This document shows positions 48,501 to 56,409 of a stretch of DNA of 64,000 nucleotides, in pieces. Position numbers and translations under genes: made by a program. Below the pieces are notes generated by a model. That model searched no databases and was not told the origin of the DNA. It was given only the letters and a program-made list of their open reading frames with translations. This DNA is from a virus (lineage: Duplodnaviria; Caudoviricetes), in the IMG/VR virus record IMGVR_UViG_3300019703_000001, positions 1 to 64,000 of that record; one strand, given 5' to 3'. Numbering within the stretch: the stretch's first letter is position 1; the number at the start of each line of letters is the position of its first letter.

Positions 48501-49160
48501 ATATTCAGGCTCATTGTCCATGTCAATTGCCGTATGGGACAGCTCATCCCGCCCCATACCCGTAAGGGCATTGTCGATAAAATGTGCCCATTCGTGGGCA
48601 AGTGAAGCCTTTCCCTGCTTAATTAAATTTATTGTCTTTTCATTTCTATCGTACCATTTTTCTTTATGACCATATCGAAAAGCAAGCTTACCATTGCCTG
48701 ACACCTCCTGAATGGGCAGCTTTAAAATATCTGCAAGGTCTGACATCCCTGCAATTGTGCACTTTATATGGTAATCTACTTCTTTAGGCCCCAAAGAGAC
48801 ATCATGGTCAATATTCCTGATCTTAAAATCACATTGTAATTTTTCTTTCATCTGTGGGATTGTTAAATTATCAAAACTCATTCCCCCTACACGCTCAAAT
48901 TCAGGCTTTATTATTTCTTTTTTTTGCTTCTTTTTGTCATTATCATAGAAATAATTCCACTTGCCATTTGCGCCCCGGCTTCTCCGCTTATATTTTGTAA
49001 AAAAGGCTTTATTCATGGGAATTAAATTGTCATAATAATGGGGGTCTTTTTTTAGGTTTCTGAGGGCTATTCCTGCGGCAAGCATTCCGTTAGGGTTTCT
49101 TTCTAACTCTTTTTCTATGGCATCCCGTAAGAGCTGAGGGGTGAATGTATCAAATTTCAT
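45543..49160 (-). CDS. large polyvalent protein: DUF5661-like N-terminus and two LPD1-like zincin domains
   Basis: IALRNLKKDPHYY; AHEWAH...ETFARSFEAY; AHEFTH...ETFARAMEQY; start moved to MKFDTF (AGGAG SD). Confidence 0.75.
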   Translation of the reverse strand: MKFDTFTPQLLRDAIEKELERNPNGMLAAGIALRNLKKDPHYYDNLIPMNKAFFTKYKRRSRGANGKWNYFYDNDKKKQKKEIIKPEFERVGGMSFDNLTIPQMKEKLQCDFKIRNIDHDVSLGPKEVDYHIKCTIAGMSDLADILKLPIQEVSGNGKLAFRYGHKEKWYDRNEKTINLIKQGKASLAHEWAHFIDNALTGMGRDELSHTAIDMDNEPEYKRLARRIADLSKRNFNSQISQIDNEDVRSTLEKDPDISDIAETFARSFEAYVTDKMLAAKRKNSYLVTPKKTLEAHGKILYPQGSDRKRLNELFDNFFEQLRLNNELQKAQEAQDMTSNKKWLLKIAPNKFLVKAKQHKYTKRTLKPGGGYDYTYPDDKKADKKGASWVENLMDIFSFKSRGEAMRRIEADYKKNKIDSKFNLSWDGWKNHLSEYFKNKEKWTKFFEQKTEKKDKKPIDKKPKKEKEKKLVVKKDSKVNLSVMRLIHGLYGKQEEVKKEAKVEEKQQTTAGIKKDKKTTKILNDSTPENRADKSMEVMGDKKESWGMTFDEFKNKTMNFRDESIIKQLNDWVNHYTKTFEELAAKDKSENKRGVSYGSWVEKKLKEYKTVLKDYIDGKIDNKLKPNPSWDYIQKQYNEIENKNSKEAKSLKRKLSIRENKLKKEHERLIKKAIKDGKVIPANVLTDYPDIMKEDVKKMNIPDPNYKPKSFKQKIILGGGSELPSGETTRTFNISDYSKVHPKDVYLSDEDTILQVPRPSYIPDMDLTAFAGYKGREQKFDIVRLDNNQYIISEKRYPIQRQGLARDKRELDTDKETEKINYYLMNAETLAATWDYYRKLYRAKQQELHEQDQDREEEWYNKQKKKTEEKGEKWTYAPFKRKAFRQKKVQPKSQFMSFSQAFMIQDFTKKPFTIKELEGATEANRQFFENYQTMLKELNYKINDLRIQKEFDIESDTYQKGKETAYGEGGTKNDLIESFGVKVKRQNGSEIDEQDVTKIGLLIEDLYSVFGNRKEMAKKSNLKVSYAGKKKMHASKSVGLYVPKYKTIAISDDGIEGRGFTFAHEFTHFMDSYLGEKTGYNYASDKDGSIENKIASSFRNRLKLSSEIKEGSQNYYLRTCETFARAMEQYYAIKQGTDNVLYETQNKFGIYVNHQTFMKEIYPLCEQFLKERDSMLKAFFCENKEGKARVVKIGGKKYIIKNKAPA

Positions 49161-49230
49161 GTAGAGGCTCCTGATATGTATTTTTTTTATTCTGATACAC
49201 ATATTTTTTTTGTCAATAACAAATTTATTG

Positions 49231-49259
49231 TTGACAAGGATATGACAAGAATATATATT
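49231..49259 (+). promoter_or_regulatory. cassette promoter 2a
   Basis: TTGACA-aggatatgacaagaata(17)-TATATT; divergent TTGACA at 49211-49216. Confidence 0.8.
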
Positions 49260-49287
49260 GTTTTTATATTAAACAAGGGGAAAAACT

Positions 49288-49740
49288 ATGCAAACATATT
49301 TTACTGACCTTAATGTAGTCTATTCATTTAAAAATTTGGACAACAAAAGACTTGCGGGGCAGCGCCGGGAATTATGCCAATTGGTTAATTATTTGCTATT
49401 ACACCCGGATAGAACCGGCAGTTATGCAAATCACACAGTCGTCCGCATGTGGCGGGGATATGAGTCATATCTGGTAAAGGTTTATATGAAACAAATAATA
49501 ACCGAATGGGAGAACAGGGGATATAATAATATCAAGATTTTAGAGTATTACAATGATTGCATTAAATTAGTCAAAAACAAACCTGTAATTCGTCCTGAGT
49601 GGTTAGATGAAGAAATGATTACAATGTTCAAATCAAAACTCATTAGCAAGAATCCTGAATATTATCAAAAGTTATGGCCCGACGTTCCATCAGATATTGA
49701 GTTCATTTGGCCGGTTGCTGAATTAAGCAAAAAAAATTGA
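49288..49740 (+). CDS. pyrimidine-dimer DNA glycosylase-like protein (MSMEG_6728/T4 endonuclease V-like)
   Basis: MQTYF...LDNKRLAGQRRE...NHTVVRMWRGY...EWENRGY. Confidence 0.8.
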   Translation: MQTYFTDLNVVYSFKNLDNKRLAGQRRELCQLVNYLLLHPDRTGSYANHTVVRMWRGYESYLVKVYMKQIITEWENRGYNNIKILEYYNDCIKLVKNKPVIRPEWLDEEMITMFKSKLISKNPEYYQKLWPDVPSDIEFIWPVAELSKKN

Positions 49741-49768
49741 TTTTTTTTAAAAAAAATAGAGAAAAGAC

Positions 49769-49797
49769 TTGACAATGGCAAGATAAGTTGTTATATT
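49769..49797 (+). promoter_or_regulatory. cassette promoter 2b
   Basis: TTGACA-atggcaagataagttgt(17)-TATATT. Confidence 0.88.
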
Positions 49798-49837
49798 GTT
49801 AGTATACTTAATAACAAAAACAAACAGGAGACTAATT

Positions 49838-50026
49838 ATGAACGCAAATTTAACTCAATCACAAAAATTCGTAAAAGATCAACTAAGACATTCAGCCTCA
49901 ATTGATGCTCCGATAGAATTTCATAGAAACGCCATGAAATGGAGTGAAAATTATTTAAGAGAAGTATCAAAAAAATTAGGCGGATTTTTTTATGTGAAAA
50001 AAGATAAAGCTTATTTTTCAATATAA
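49838..50026 (+). CDS. hypothetical protein (MNANLTQSQK...)
   Basis: AGGAG SD before ATG at 49838; track start lies inside the promoter. Confidence 0.7.
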   Translation: MNANLTQSQKFVKDQLRHSASIDAPIEFHRNAMKWSENYLREVSKKLGGFFYVKKDKAYFSI

Positions 50027-50027
50027 T

Positions 50028-50078
50028 TTTTAACCCCTACACACGGCCCCTTCCGGGGGCCTTATGTAAGCGTTAAAA
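50028..50078 (+). repeat. hairpin element 2
   Basis: TTTTAACCCCTACACACGGCCCCTTCCGGGGGCCTTATGTAAGCGTTAAAA. Confidence 0.85.
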
Positions 50079-50100
50079 ATTAATTTAAAATAAAAGGAGA

Positions 50101-50298
50101 ATGCATATGACATCGGAAATACTACAGACAATAGTTGAACATTGGGAAAAAGCCTCAAAAGAAACTTTGATTATTTCAGTTGTTGCCTATGGAGAATTTT
50201 TAAGATTAAAAGGACTCAATGAAGAGTTTGTGGAATTTTTTCGAGGCATAAATGAGGAAGCCAAAACTCTAAAAGCTCAAGAGACGAAAAAACACTAA
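50101..50298 (+). CDS. hypothetical protein
   Basis: AAGGAG SD. Confidence 0.65.
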   Translation: MHMTSEILQTIVEHWEKASKETLIISVVAYGEFLRLKGLNEEFVEFFRGINEEAKTLKAQETKKH

Positions 50299-50458
50299 TC
50301 CCTTCTAAGTGCCCGGCTAAACCGGGTATTTAAAAGGGATTAACCCTTTATGCCACGGCAGACCTTTGGCTCACGTGGTAACATCAAACAGATATAGCAG
50401 GGCGGTGAACTTCTTTGCTAGTTCTTCGCCGCCCTGCGATTTTTTCAGGAGGTTAATT

Positions 50459-50743
50459 ATGCAAAATGCACATATACAAAATTTGACCCGTGAAGAAAAG
50501 ATCGAAAAAGCCGCAAAAAGAGCAAGATTGGTTTTGAACAAACACCATAACGGCAAAATAACAGGCATGGATTGTGTCATTGTGGAAACCCGAATAAATG
50601 GAAGAAAGCCCTTTTTCCATATGCGCTTTTTTAGGCCAAATAACTACAGACTAAAAATATGGGACAAAAACCTATATGAATGTGAAAGTCAAAATTTGTT
50701 CAGATTAGAAGATTATGAAGAAAAAAATATTGACAAAAGATAA
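50459..50743 (+). CDS. hypothetical protein (MQNAHIQNL...)
   Basis: AGGAGG SD before ATG at 50459. Confidence 0.65.
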   Translation: MQNAHIQNLTREEKIEKAAKRARLVLNKHHNGKITGMDCVIVETRINGRKPFFHMRFFRPNNYRLKIWDKNLYECESQNLFRLEDYEEKNIDKR

Positions 50744-50809
50744 GATTGAAACAACTATGTCTTATGTTTTTGCATAATTTAACCTCCTTTAAAATTTAAG
50801 TTTCATTAC

Positions 50810-50850
50810 AAAAAAGGGAGGCAGGTTATAGGTTCCTGTCTCCCTTTTTG
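50810..50850. terminator. bidirectional intrinsic terminator
   Basis: aaaaagggaggcagg-ttataggtt-cctgtctcccttttt. Confidence 0.85.
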
Positions 50851-50852
50851 CT

Positions 50853-52844
50853 TTAAAAAGCAATTTGCGTACTGCCTTCTTTTAACCATTTTCTGAGCTT
50901 CTTTGTGTTGGTCTGTTTTATTGCCCCCAAACCTTTCCAACCTTTTTGATAATTTGCCAAATATGCCGCCCTCGCTTCTTCAATATCTTTAAATCCAAGC
51001 ATTATTTTATGCTCACCAAATAGTCCCGAAACAGGATTATTCTGATTTACTACAAAGGCAAGACTTCCGTTTGTGTCACCTATAAAACAGTCAATAGGAT
51101 CAAAATCAGCCCCTTCGGTCCCGGTAATATATCCGTAATGATGTTTCATTCTGGTAATCCACTTTTTACCGTTTTCATCAAATCCGAACCTTAAAGACCC
51201 TTTCGGGTTTTCTATCCTTATATCAAGACCCTTGAAGACAATTTTACCCTTTTTATAATTGCCTGACTCTTTTTGGGCTTCGGTCGGTTCCGTATTGACT
51301 TTTATTTTATCAAGCTGTGTTTTTAAATCTTTTTCAGGATTAAAGGCTTCTTCTATTGTCTTTAATATTTTAGAGTTTTTGAGGCTTGAATTGATTGCCG
51401 TTCCGCCTGCTTCGGCCCAAGGCTTTAAATTGTAGCCCATATCGTCGATTAAAATACTTTTGTCGTCAATAACATGCTTATATTTGTCATGACAGAATAT
51501 TACATCATAAACTCCGAAATTGTCAAGAATCCAATTGATTTTATCCCGTCTACATTCGGGGATCTCATCCATAGGACTGGTTAAAAATACAATATTATAG
51601 TCATCCTTTAAAGCTTCGACAAGCTCCGCCCCTTTTTCAAGTACAGGGAGGTTATAAAAGAAATGTGGGACTGTTGAAACAAATTGTTTTATAGTAAATG
51701 GGTCATCCTTGTCAGCACTTCGATCAAATGCCTGTTTATACCCTGCTCTAAAATCAGCGACAACCCCGTCCATGTCTACATATACAATAGGTTTTGACGC
51801 AGCTTTCTGCATAGGGGTTTCAAGCATTATTTTATTATTTTTGACCGGGATAATAAAATCTTTGCCGCCTTGTCTATATTCGACACCTTTTTCCAATTTA
51901 ACTATTTTTGCACTATCCGGGACTATTGTATTTTTTACAACCTCTGAGTCTTCTGCGGACCTGACAAACCTACCTGTCGAAACATCCTGTCGGGGGTGAA
52001 AATAATTTTTTATAGCCTTTTGGTTTATTTCCCATGTAGCATTTAAGATCCTGTCTTTTGAAATTCGGTCTAAAATTTCTTTGAAAAGCGCAAACCCTTT
52101 TGGCTCTTCATGCTCTAAAATATTCATAAAGGCATTATTTATAAAAAGGCTTTTCATGTACCATTTGTAGATAGTACAGAAAAACTCTTCAACGTCTGAC
52201 CGCTCCCACTCGTATTCATAAATAGCAGACATTTTTAGGTTTTCAAATATACCCTGAAAAGCCTCTTTTTCGTCCGCCCTGACACAAGTACGCCAAAATA
52301 AGTGGCCTATTTCATGGAATACATTGTCAAGGAATCTATCAGGGGAATACATTTCAATGTTAACTCCTGCCAATGCAGAAACAATTTTTTCTTTTTTCTC
52401 CTTTTCGGTTTGCTCCATTAAATTAAGAATTACAGAGTGAGGGGGTAAAAAAGGCTCTCCCACAAAAAGTTTTTGAAGTATGGGCATTTCAGCAGGGACC
52501 GCTTGCCATTTGTCCTGCCCCATTATAATAAATGGATCTCTTTGCTGCTGAACAGGTTCAGGGGATGTTTTGTTTTCTGATTCAACAATTATTGCATCAG
52601 TGGGTCTTTGCAATCTTACCTCATTTCCTTCATCACTTGAAAAAATATCATTTCCTTTATAACCGACGATAAAATGACCGGGAATAAAAAAAGGTTTTTT
52701 GTCATTTATTAAGGCTTTTTTTAAATCTGAAACTTCATATTTTCCGAAGCTTATTTCAAAATTTTCAAGTTTTCCTTTGGTCTCTGATAAATTTTTGGAG
52801 TGGATTTTCTGGTCAGAAATTTTTTTTATTGTGGTCTTTTCCAT
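50853..52844 (-). CDS. polyvalent protein: HExxH zincin + HAD 5'(3')-deoxyribonucleotidase + InPase-like domain
   Basis: FHEIGH; VYVDMDGVVADF...LIDD; IRIENPKGS..MKHHYGYI.GTEGADFDPIDCFIG. Confidence 0.8.
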   Translation of the reverse strand: MEKTTIKKISDQKIHSKNLSETKGKLENFEISFGKYEVSDLKKALINDKKPFFIPGHFIVGYKGNDIFSSDEGNEVRLQRPTDAIIVESENKTSPEPVQQQRDPFIIMGQDKWQAVPAEMPILQKLFVGEPFLPPHSVILNLMEQTEKEKKEKIVSALAGVNIEMYSPDRFLDNVFHEIGHLFWRTCVRADEKEAFQGIFENLKMSAIYEYEWERSDVEEFFCTIYKWYMKSLFINNAFMNILEHEEPKGFALFKEILDRISKDRILNATWEINQKAIKNYFHPRQDVSTGRFVRSAEDSEVVKNTIVPDSAKIVKLEKGVEYRQGGKDFIIPVKNNKIMLETPMQKAASKPIVYVDMDGVVADFRAGYKQAFDRSADKDDPFTIKQFVSTVPHFFYNLPVLEKGAELVEALKDDYNIVFLTSPMDEIPECRRDKINWILDNFGVYDVIFCHDKYKHVIDDKSILIDDMGYNLKPWAEAGGTAINSSLKNSKILKTIEEAFNPEKDLKTQLDKIKVNTEPTEAQKESGNYKKGKIVFKGLDIRIENPKGSLRFGFDENGKKWITRMKHHYGYITGTEGADFDPIDCFIGDTNGSLAFVVNQNNPVSGLFGEHKIMLGFKDIEEARAAYLANYQKGWKGLGAIKQTNTKKLRKWLKEGSTQIAF

Positions 52845-52948
52845 TTTTTTTTGCCTTTATAAGGGATATTTTTTTTATTTTCGTAAAGATATTTTTTTTG
52901 TCAAGGATAAAAAAAATTGATTTTTTTTAAAAAAAAGTGAGAAAAGAC

Positions 52949-52977
52949 TTGACAAAGACAAGATAAGTTTGTATATT
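52949..52977 (+). promoter_or_regulatory. cassette promoter 3
   Basis: TTGACA-aagacaagataagtttg(17)-TATATT; divergent TTGACA at 52899-52904. Confidence 0.88.
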
Positions 52978-53011
52978 GTATGTATAACTAAAACAAAACA
53001 GGAGACTGATT

Positions 53012-53287
53012 ATGAACGCAACAACAAAAGAAATAAGCTTAGAAGAAATCCAGAAAAGGTATAGTAACTGGGTAACTGTACAAAGTGCCGAAACAGTTCT
53101 TTTTTTAGAAAAGAACTCAACAAGACCCGAACATATGAGGGTTTTAAAGATAGAAATTACTGATGGACATATAACACAAATTTGGTATTCAGTAGAATCT
53201 AAAAGGGATGAAAATCCTCACTGGGTAGCCATGAAAGAATATAAAACAGATAAAGAAGCTGTTTTGGATTGTGTCAATTGGTATTAA
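53012..53287 (+). CDS. hypothetical protein
   Basis: AGGAG SD. Confidence 0.75.
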   Translation: MNATTKEISLEEIQKRYSNWVTVQSAETVLFLEKNSTRPEHMRVLKIEITDGHITQIWYSVESKRDENPHWVAMKEYKTDKEAVLDCVNWY

Positions 53288-53289
53288 GA

Positions 53290-53339
53290 TTTTAACCCCT
53301 ACATTCGGCCCCTCCGGGGGTCTTGTGCAAGCGTTAAAA
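53290..53339 (+). repeat. hairpin element 3
   Basis: TTTTAACCCCTACATTCGGCCCCTCCGGGGGTCTTGTGCAAGCGTTAAAA. Confidence 0.85.
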
Positions 53340-53366
53340 TTAAAATTAAATTTCAGGAGAATCATT

Positions 53367-53513
53367 ATGACACTACAACAAAAAGCAAACTTGCGACAAC
53401 TGGAAATCAGGGAAAATGAAAGGTTACTCAGGGACCTTCCCTATCAAATCAGAATTCGGCCAAAAAGGAAAAAAATAAACAGCCTTGAACGTCGAATCAT
53501 AGCAGCAAAGTAA
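53367..53513 (+). CDS. small basic protein (MTLQQKANLR...)
   Basis: AGGAG SD before ATG at 53367; longer track ORF runs through the hairpin. Confidence 0.55.
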   Translation: MTLQQKANLRQLEIRENERLLRDLPYQIRIRPKRKKINSLERRIIAAK

Positions 53514-53521
53514 CACAATAG

Positions 53522-53557
53522 GCCCGGACCATAAAAAGTTCGGGCTTTATTTTTTTG
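53522..53557 (+). terminator. intrinsic terminator
   Basis: gcccgga...ttcgggc followed by T tract. Confidence 0.7.
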
Positions 53558-54326
53558 AAAAATCCTTCACAACTTCCTTTGCAAAATCCCCTATTATCTC
53601 ACCTATCCGCTTGTTGACATATTTAAGAACCGAAGGGAAAACGGGTTGAGGTGATTTATTCGGATACTCCCACCCTTCACTGTTTTCCGTAACAACTCTA
53701 AATATACCATACTGAGCTTGAAATTTTTTTGTATTATATTTAGTTAGCCCTGAAACATCCTCTCCGGTTGGCAGTGTTCCCGCTTTTAATCGGCCCCCTG
53801 ATTTGACAATTTTATGCATCTCTGTGGTCATTTCTCTTTTACCAAAGTGGCGCGCCATTTTTCCAGAGTCTTCATTTCGAGGAGTGGCAACAGGGAAAGG
53901 AACTATTATATATTTGGTCCCGTCTTTTGAGGTTTTCGCTTTGTCACTTGCTAAAAGAGCGTCCCTGATAGACCATGTATCAACACCCTTTTCAACCATC
54001 ATTGCAAACATTTCAAAAGGCTTTTTACTTCCTTTAGAATCAATTTTAGATTCATCAAGGTAAACCTCCCCCTCAATTCCTGCATATTCGTAGGCTATAG
54101 CCTGAGCGTATTTACGGCCCCATCCCCCGGAGTTATGAGCATCTGTGCGCCATTTGTCAGCAGCTTCACGGGTAATTAGCCCTACAATGCTAGGCATAGA
54201 CTTGTCAACCACTTCAACAAGTTCAGCGTAAAGGGCCTCAGAAGCAACCATCCCTGCGGCCTCCAGACCATCAAGAATTGACTCTAAAATTGTTTCATCT
54301 TCTATATCAAAAATCATAATAATCAT
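53547..54326 (-). CDS. virion neck/tail-completion-like protein
   Basis: AMMVEKG, KYIIVPF..ATP, FRVV..NSEGWEYP pattern of SPO1-like virion proteins; start probably 54317. Confidence 0.55.
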   Translation of the reverse strand: MIIMIFDIEDETILESILDGLEAAGMVASEALYAELVEVVDKSMPSIVGLITREAADKWRTDAHNSGGWGRKYAQAIAYEYAGIEGEVYLDESKIDSKGSKKPFEMFAMMVEKGVDTWSIRDALLASDKAKTSKDGTKYIIVPFPVATPRNEDSGKMARHFGKREMTTEMHKIVKSGGRLKAGTLPTGEDVSGLTKYNTKKFQAQYGIFRVVTENSEGWEYPNKSPQPVFPSVLKYVNKRIGEIIGDFAKEVVKDFSKK

Positions 54327-54355
54327 ACTTTAAAAAAGTGAAAAAAATTTGTCAA
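54327..54355 (-). promoter_or_regulatory. leftward promoter of back-to-back module
   Basis: TTGACA-17-TAAAGT. Confidence 0.7.
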
Positions 54356-54379
54356 ATACAAAAAAAATGCAGAAAAGAC

Positions 54380-54408
54380 TTGACAAAGACAAGACAAGTT
54401 GTTATATT
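54380..54408 (+). promoter_or_regulatory. cassette promoter 4
   Basis: TTGACA-aagacaagacaagttgt(17)-TATATT. Confidence 0.88.
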
Positions 54409-54434
54409 GTATGTATAACTAAAACAAAAGGAGA

Positions 54435-54692
54435 ATGATTATGAGCGCAAATAACACTGTTACTGAAATCAATAAAGCTCAAAGGGCGGGAGTAAAAGCT
54501 TTTAATAATGGCAAGGATCGTGCACCTGCTTTGAATCAAGCTTTTTTAAAAGAGGCTTGTTCTTCTAAAATTAATACAATAGCATTATTAGATGCATATC
54601 TTCACGGATGGGACATTGCCAACTTGGCTAATGGAGAAACAAATCAAGACTTGCCAAGTGTTATTGAGCTTAAAAGAATATTAAGTTTTTAA
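54435..54692 (+). CDS. hypothetical protein
   Basis: AGGAG SD; TAA stop inside truncated hairpin element. Confidence 0.75.
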   Translation: MIMSANNTVTEINKAQRAGVKAFNNGKDRAPALNQAFLKEACSSKINTIALLDAYLHGWDIANLANGETNQDLPSVIELKRILSF

Positions 54693-54721
54693 CCCCTACA
54701 CCCGGCCCCTCCGGGGGCCTC
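54687..54721 (+). repeat. truncated hairpin element 4 (right outer arm missing)
   Basis: TTTTAACCCCTACACCCGGCCCCTCCGGGGGCCTC. Confidence 0.75.
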
Positions 54722-54755
54722 TAAATTACAAAAAAACAATTTCAGGAGAAATAAA

Positions 54756-55415
54756 ATGACACAAACAAATCAAGATAATACTTACAAAAAATATTGCCCA
54801 AACGTCTTTGTTGCACAATGCCCCGAAAAACACGAAAAGGGTGACTTGATTATCCTTAAAACCAAATATGGAAAAGAGAATGAGTGTGAAGTACATAACT
54901 TAGTAGCTGAAAAGAATGGCTTTTATTACTATTCTATCACCCGAACCGATGGTTTTAATAGTCAGGAGAGAGCAAAAAGAAGGGCTGAACGACTAAACGG
55001 TTGGGCTGATTCTGCTGACAAAAGAAGTGCCGAATGGATGGAAAAGAGTCAAGAAGGAAAAGACTTTTTATCCCTTGCTGAACCTATTAAAGTCGGTCAT
55101 CATAGCGAAAAAAGACACCGGGCTTTAATTGATCGCAATTGGAACAGGATGGGCAATGCTGTAAAAGAACAGGATAAGGCGGAAGCCTACAGGGACCGGA
55201 TGGAATATTGGGAAAGCATGGCAAAAAAGATTGACTTATCAATGCCTGAAAGTCTGGAATTTTTCCAAATTCAGCTTGAAGAAGCTATCGAATACCACAA
55301 GGGATTAAAAGACGGCAGCATTAAACGTGAACACTCTTACTCCCTTACTTATGCAAAAAAAAGAGTAAACGAACTCAAGAAAAAATGTAAAACAGCTGAG
55401 ATTCTATGGGCGTAA
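54756..55415 (+). CDS. DUF3560-like protein
   Basis: EPIKVGHHSEKRHRA. Confidence 0.8.
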   Translation: MTQTNQDNTYKKYCPNVFVAQCPEKHEKGDLIILKTKYGKENECEVHNLVAEKNGFYYYSITRTDGFNSQERAKRRAERLNGWADSADKRSAEWMEKSQEGKDFLSLAEPIKVGHHSEKRHRALIDRNWNRMGNAVKEQDKAEAYRDRMEYWESMAKKIDLSMPESLEFFQIQLEEAIEYHKGLKDGSIKREHSYSLTYAKKRVNELKKKCKTAEILWA

Positions 55416-55422
55416 TCAATTA

Positions 55423-55440
55423 GCCCCTTCGGGGGCTTTT
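55423..55440 (+). terminator. short GCCCC-TTCG-GGGGC hairpin with T tract
   Basis: gccccttcgggggctttt. Confidence 0.6.
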
Positions 55441-55467
55441 ACTTAAAATAAAATAAAAGGACACAAA

Positions 55468-55722
55468 ATGAACAAAATATCACAAACAACATTAAAAGAA
55501 GTCGTAACCGAACTTGAAAAATCTTTTGAGAAATGGCCTTTCAGAGAAAATATTTTCAAACAATTGGCCGTATTGACAGAAGAAGCCGGAGAATTATCAC
55601 AAGCCATTTTACAGTATCAGGATGAGGGCCTCGCCCCCGAACACGCAAGATTTGAGGCTATTCAAACAGCTGCAATGGCTTTAAAAATGATAATGTATAT
55701 TGATAAAAAAGGACTGGAATAA
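55468..55722 (+). CDS. MazG-like nucleotide pyrophosphohydrolase domain protein
   Basis: LTEEAGELSQAI...EAIQTAA. Confidence 0.75.
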   Translation: MNKISQTTLKEVVTELEKSFEKWPFRENIFKQLAVLTEEAGELSQAILQYQDEGLAPEHARFEAIQTAAMALKMIMYIDKKGLE

Positions 55723-55723
55723 A

Positions 55724-55966
55724 ATGGAACCCAATAAAGAAGCAGTAAAACAGATAGTACAACAAAGATTATTGACTGAAATGAAGTTTAATACACCGTT
55801 AGAATTTTTACTAAATGTCCAAACCGCTGTAAGAATTCACGGTGAAATAATATTTCAACAAAATGAACTTCTTTGGTCTTGTCAGTATTTACAAAGACTG
55901 TCAAAAAAGTATCACTATTTAAGTATAAATAAAATACCAAAAACTAATAAAATTCGTTTTTGGTAA
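55724..55966 (+). CDS. hypothetical protein
   Basis: Likely start MEPNKE at 55724. Confidence 0.55.
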   Translation: MEPNKEAVKQIVQQRLLTEMKFNTPLEFLLNVQTAVRIHGEIIFQQNELLWSCQYLQRLSKKYHYLSINKIPKTNKIRFW

Positions 55967-55987
55967 TAAAATAAAAGGAGAATAATT

Positions 55988-56392
55988 ATGGTAATACCAA
56001 AAGAAGGGACTTATAAGGTTGTACCGGTGTTTTATGCTTTTCAAGACGGTCTTAGAGGTAGGGGGTTAATCGATTCAACCATTTTGATCCCATTAAAAGA
56101 TTTTGAAAGGTATATAAAAGCAGGTGATTTGTGGCTTGTCGTAAAAGATGAACTTGATTTTTTCTTAAATCTGCCTATTATGACAAGAAATTACAAAGAT
56201 TTTGATCTTAAGGATGACATGACCGATATGTTTAAAAAGCTAATTGAAATATCAGGTATTGAGTTTGGAGAAGACGCCGGGGGATGGGATGAGCTTTTTG
56301 AGGCATTGAATGGAAAGATTTTTGAATTGATTGTGACCTATAAAGAGATAGGGACATTTATTGAAGTTGAATATGATATTAACAAAATTTAA
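55988..56392 (+). CDS. hypothetical acidic protein
   Basis: AAGGAG SD. Confidence 0.65.
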   Translation: MVIPKEGTYKVVPVFYAFQDGLRGRGLIDSTILIPLKDFERYIKAGDLWLVVKDELDFFLNLPIMTRNYKDFDLKDDMTDMFKKLIEISGIEFGEDAGGWDELFEALNGKIFELIVTYKEIGTFIEVEYDINKI

Positions 56393-56409
56393 ACAGAGGG
56401 GGTTAGGTT

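Noticed and set aside
49161-49202. Track start of the 1219-aa protein at 49202
   Set aside because: It lies within the promoter region; ATG 49160 has an AGGAG SD.
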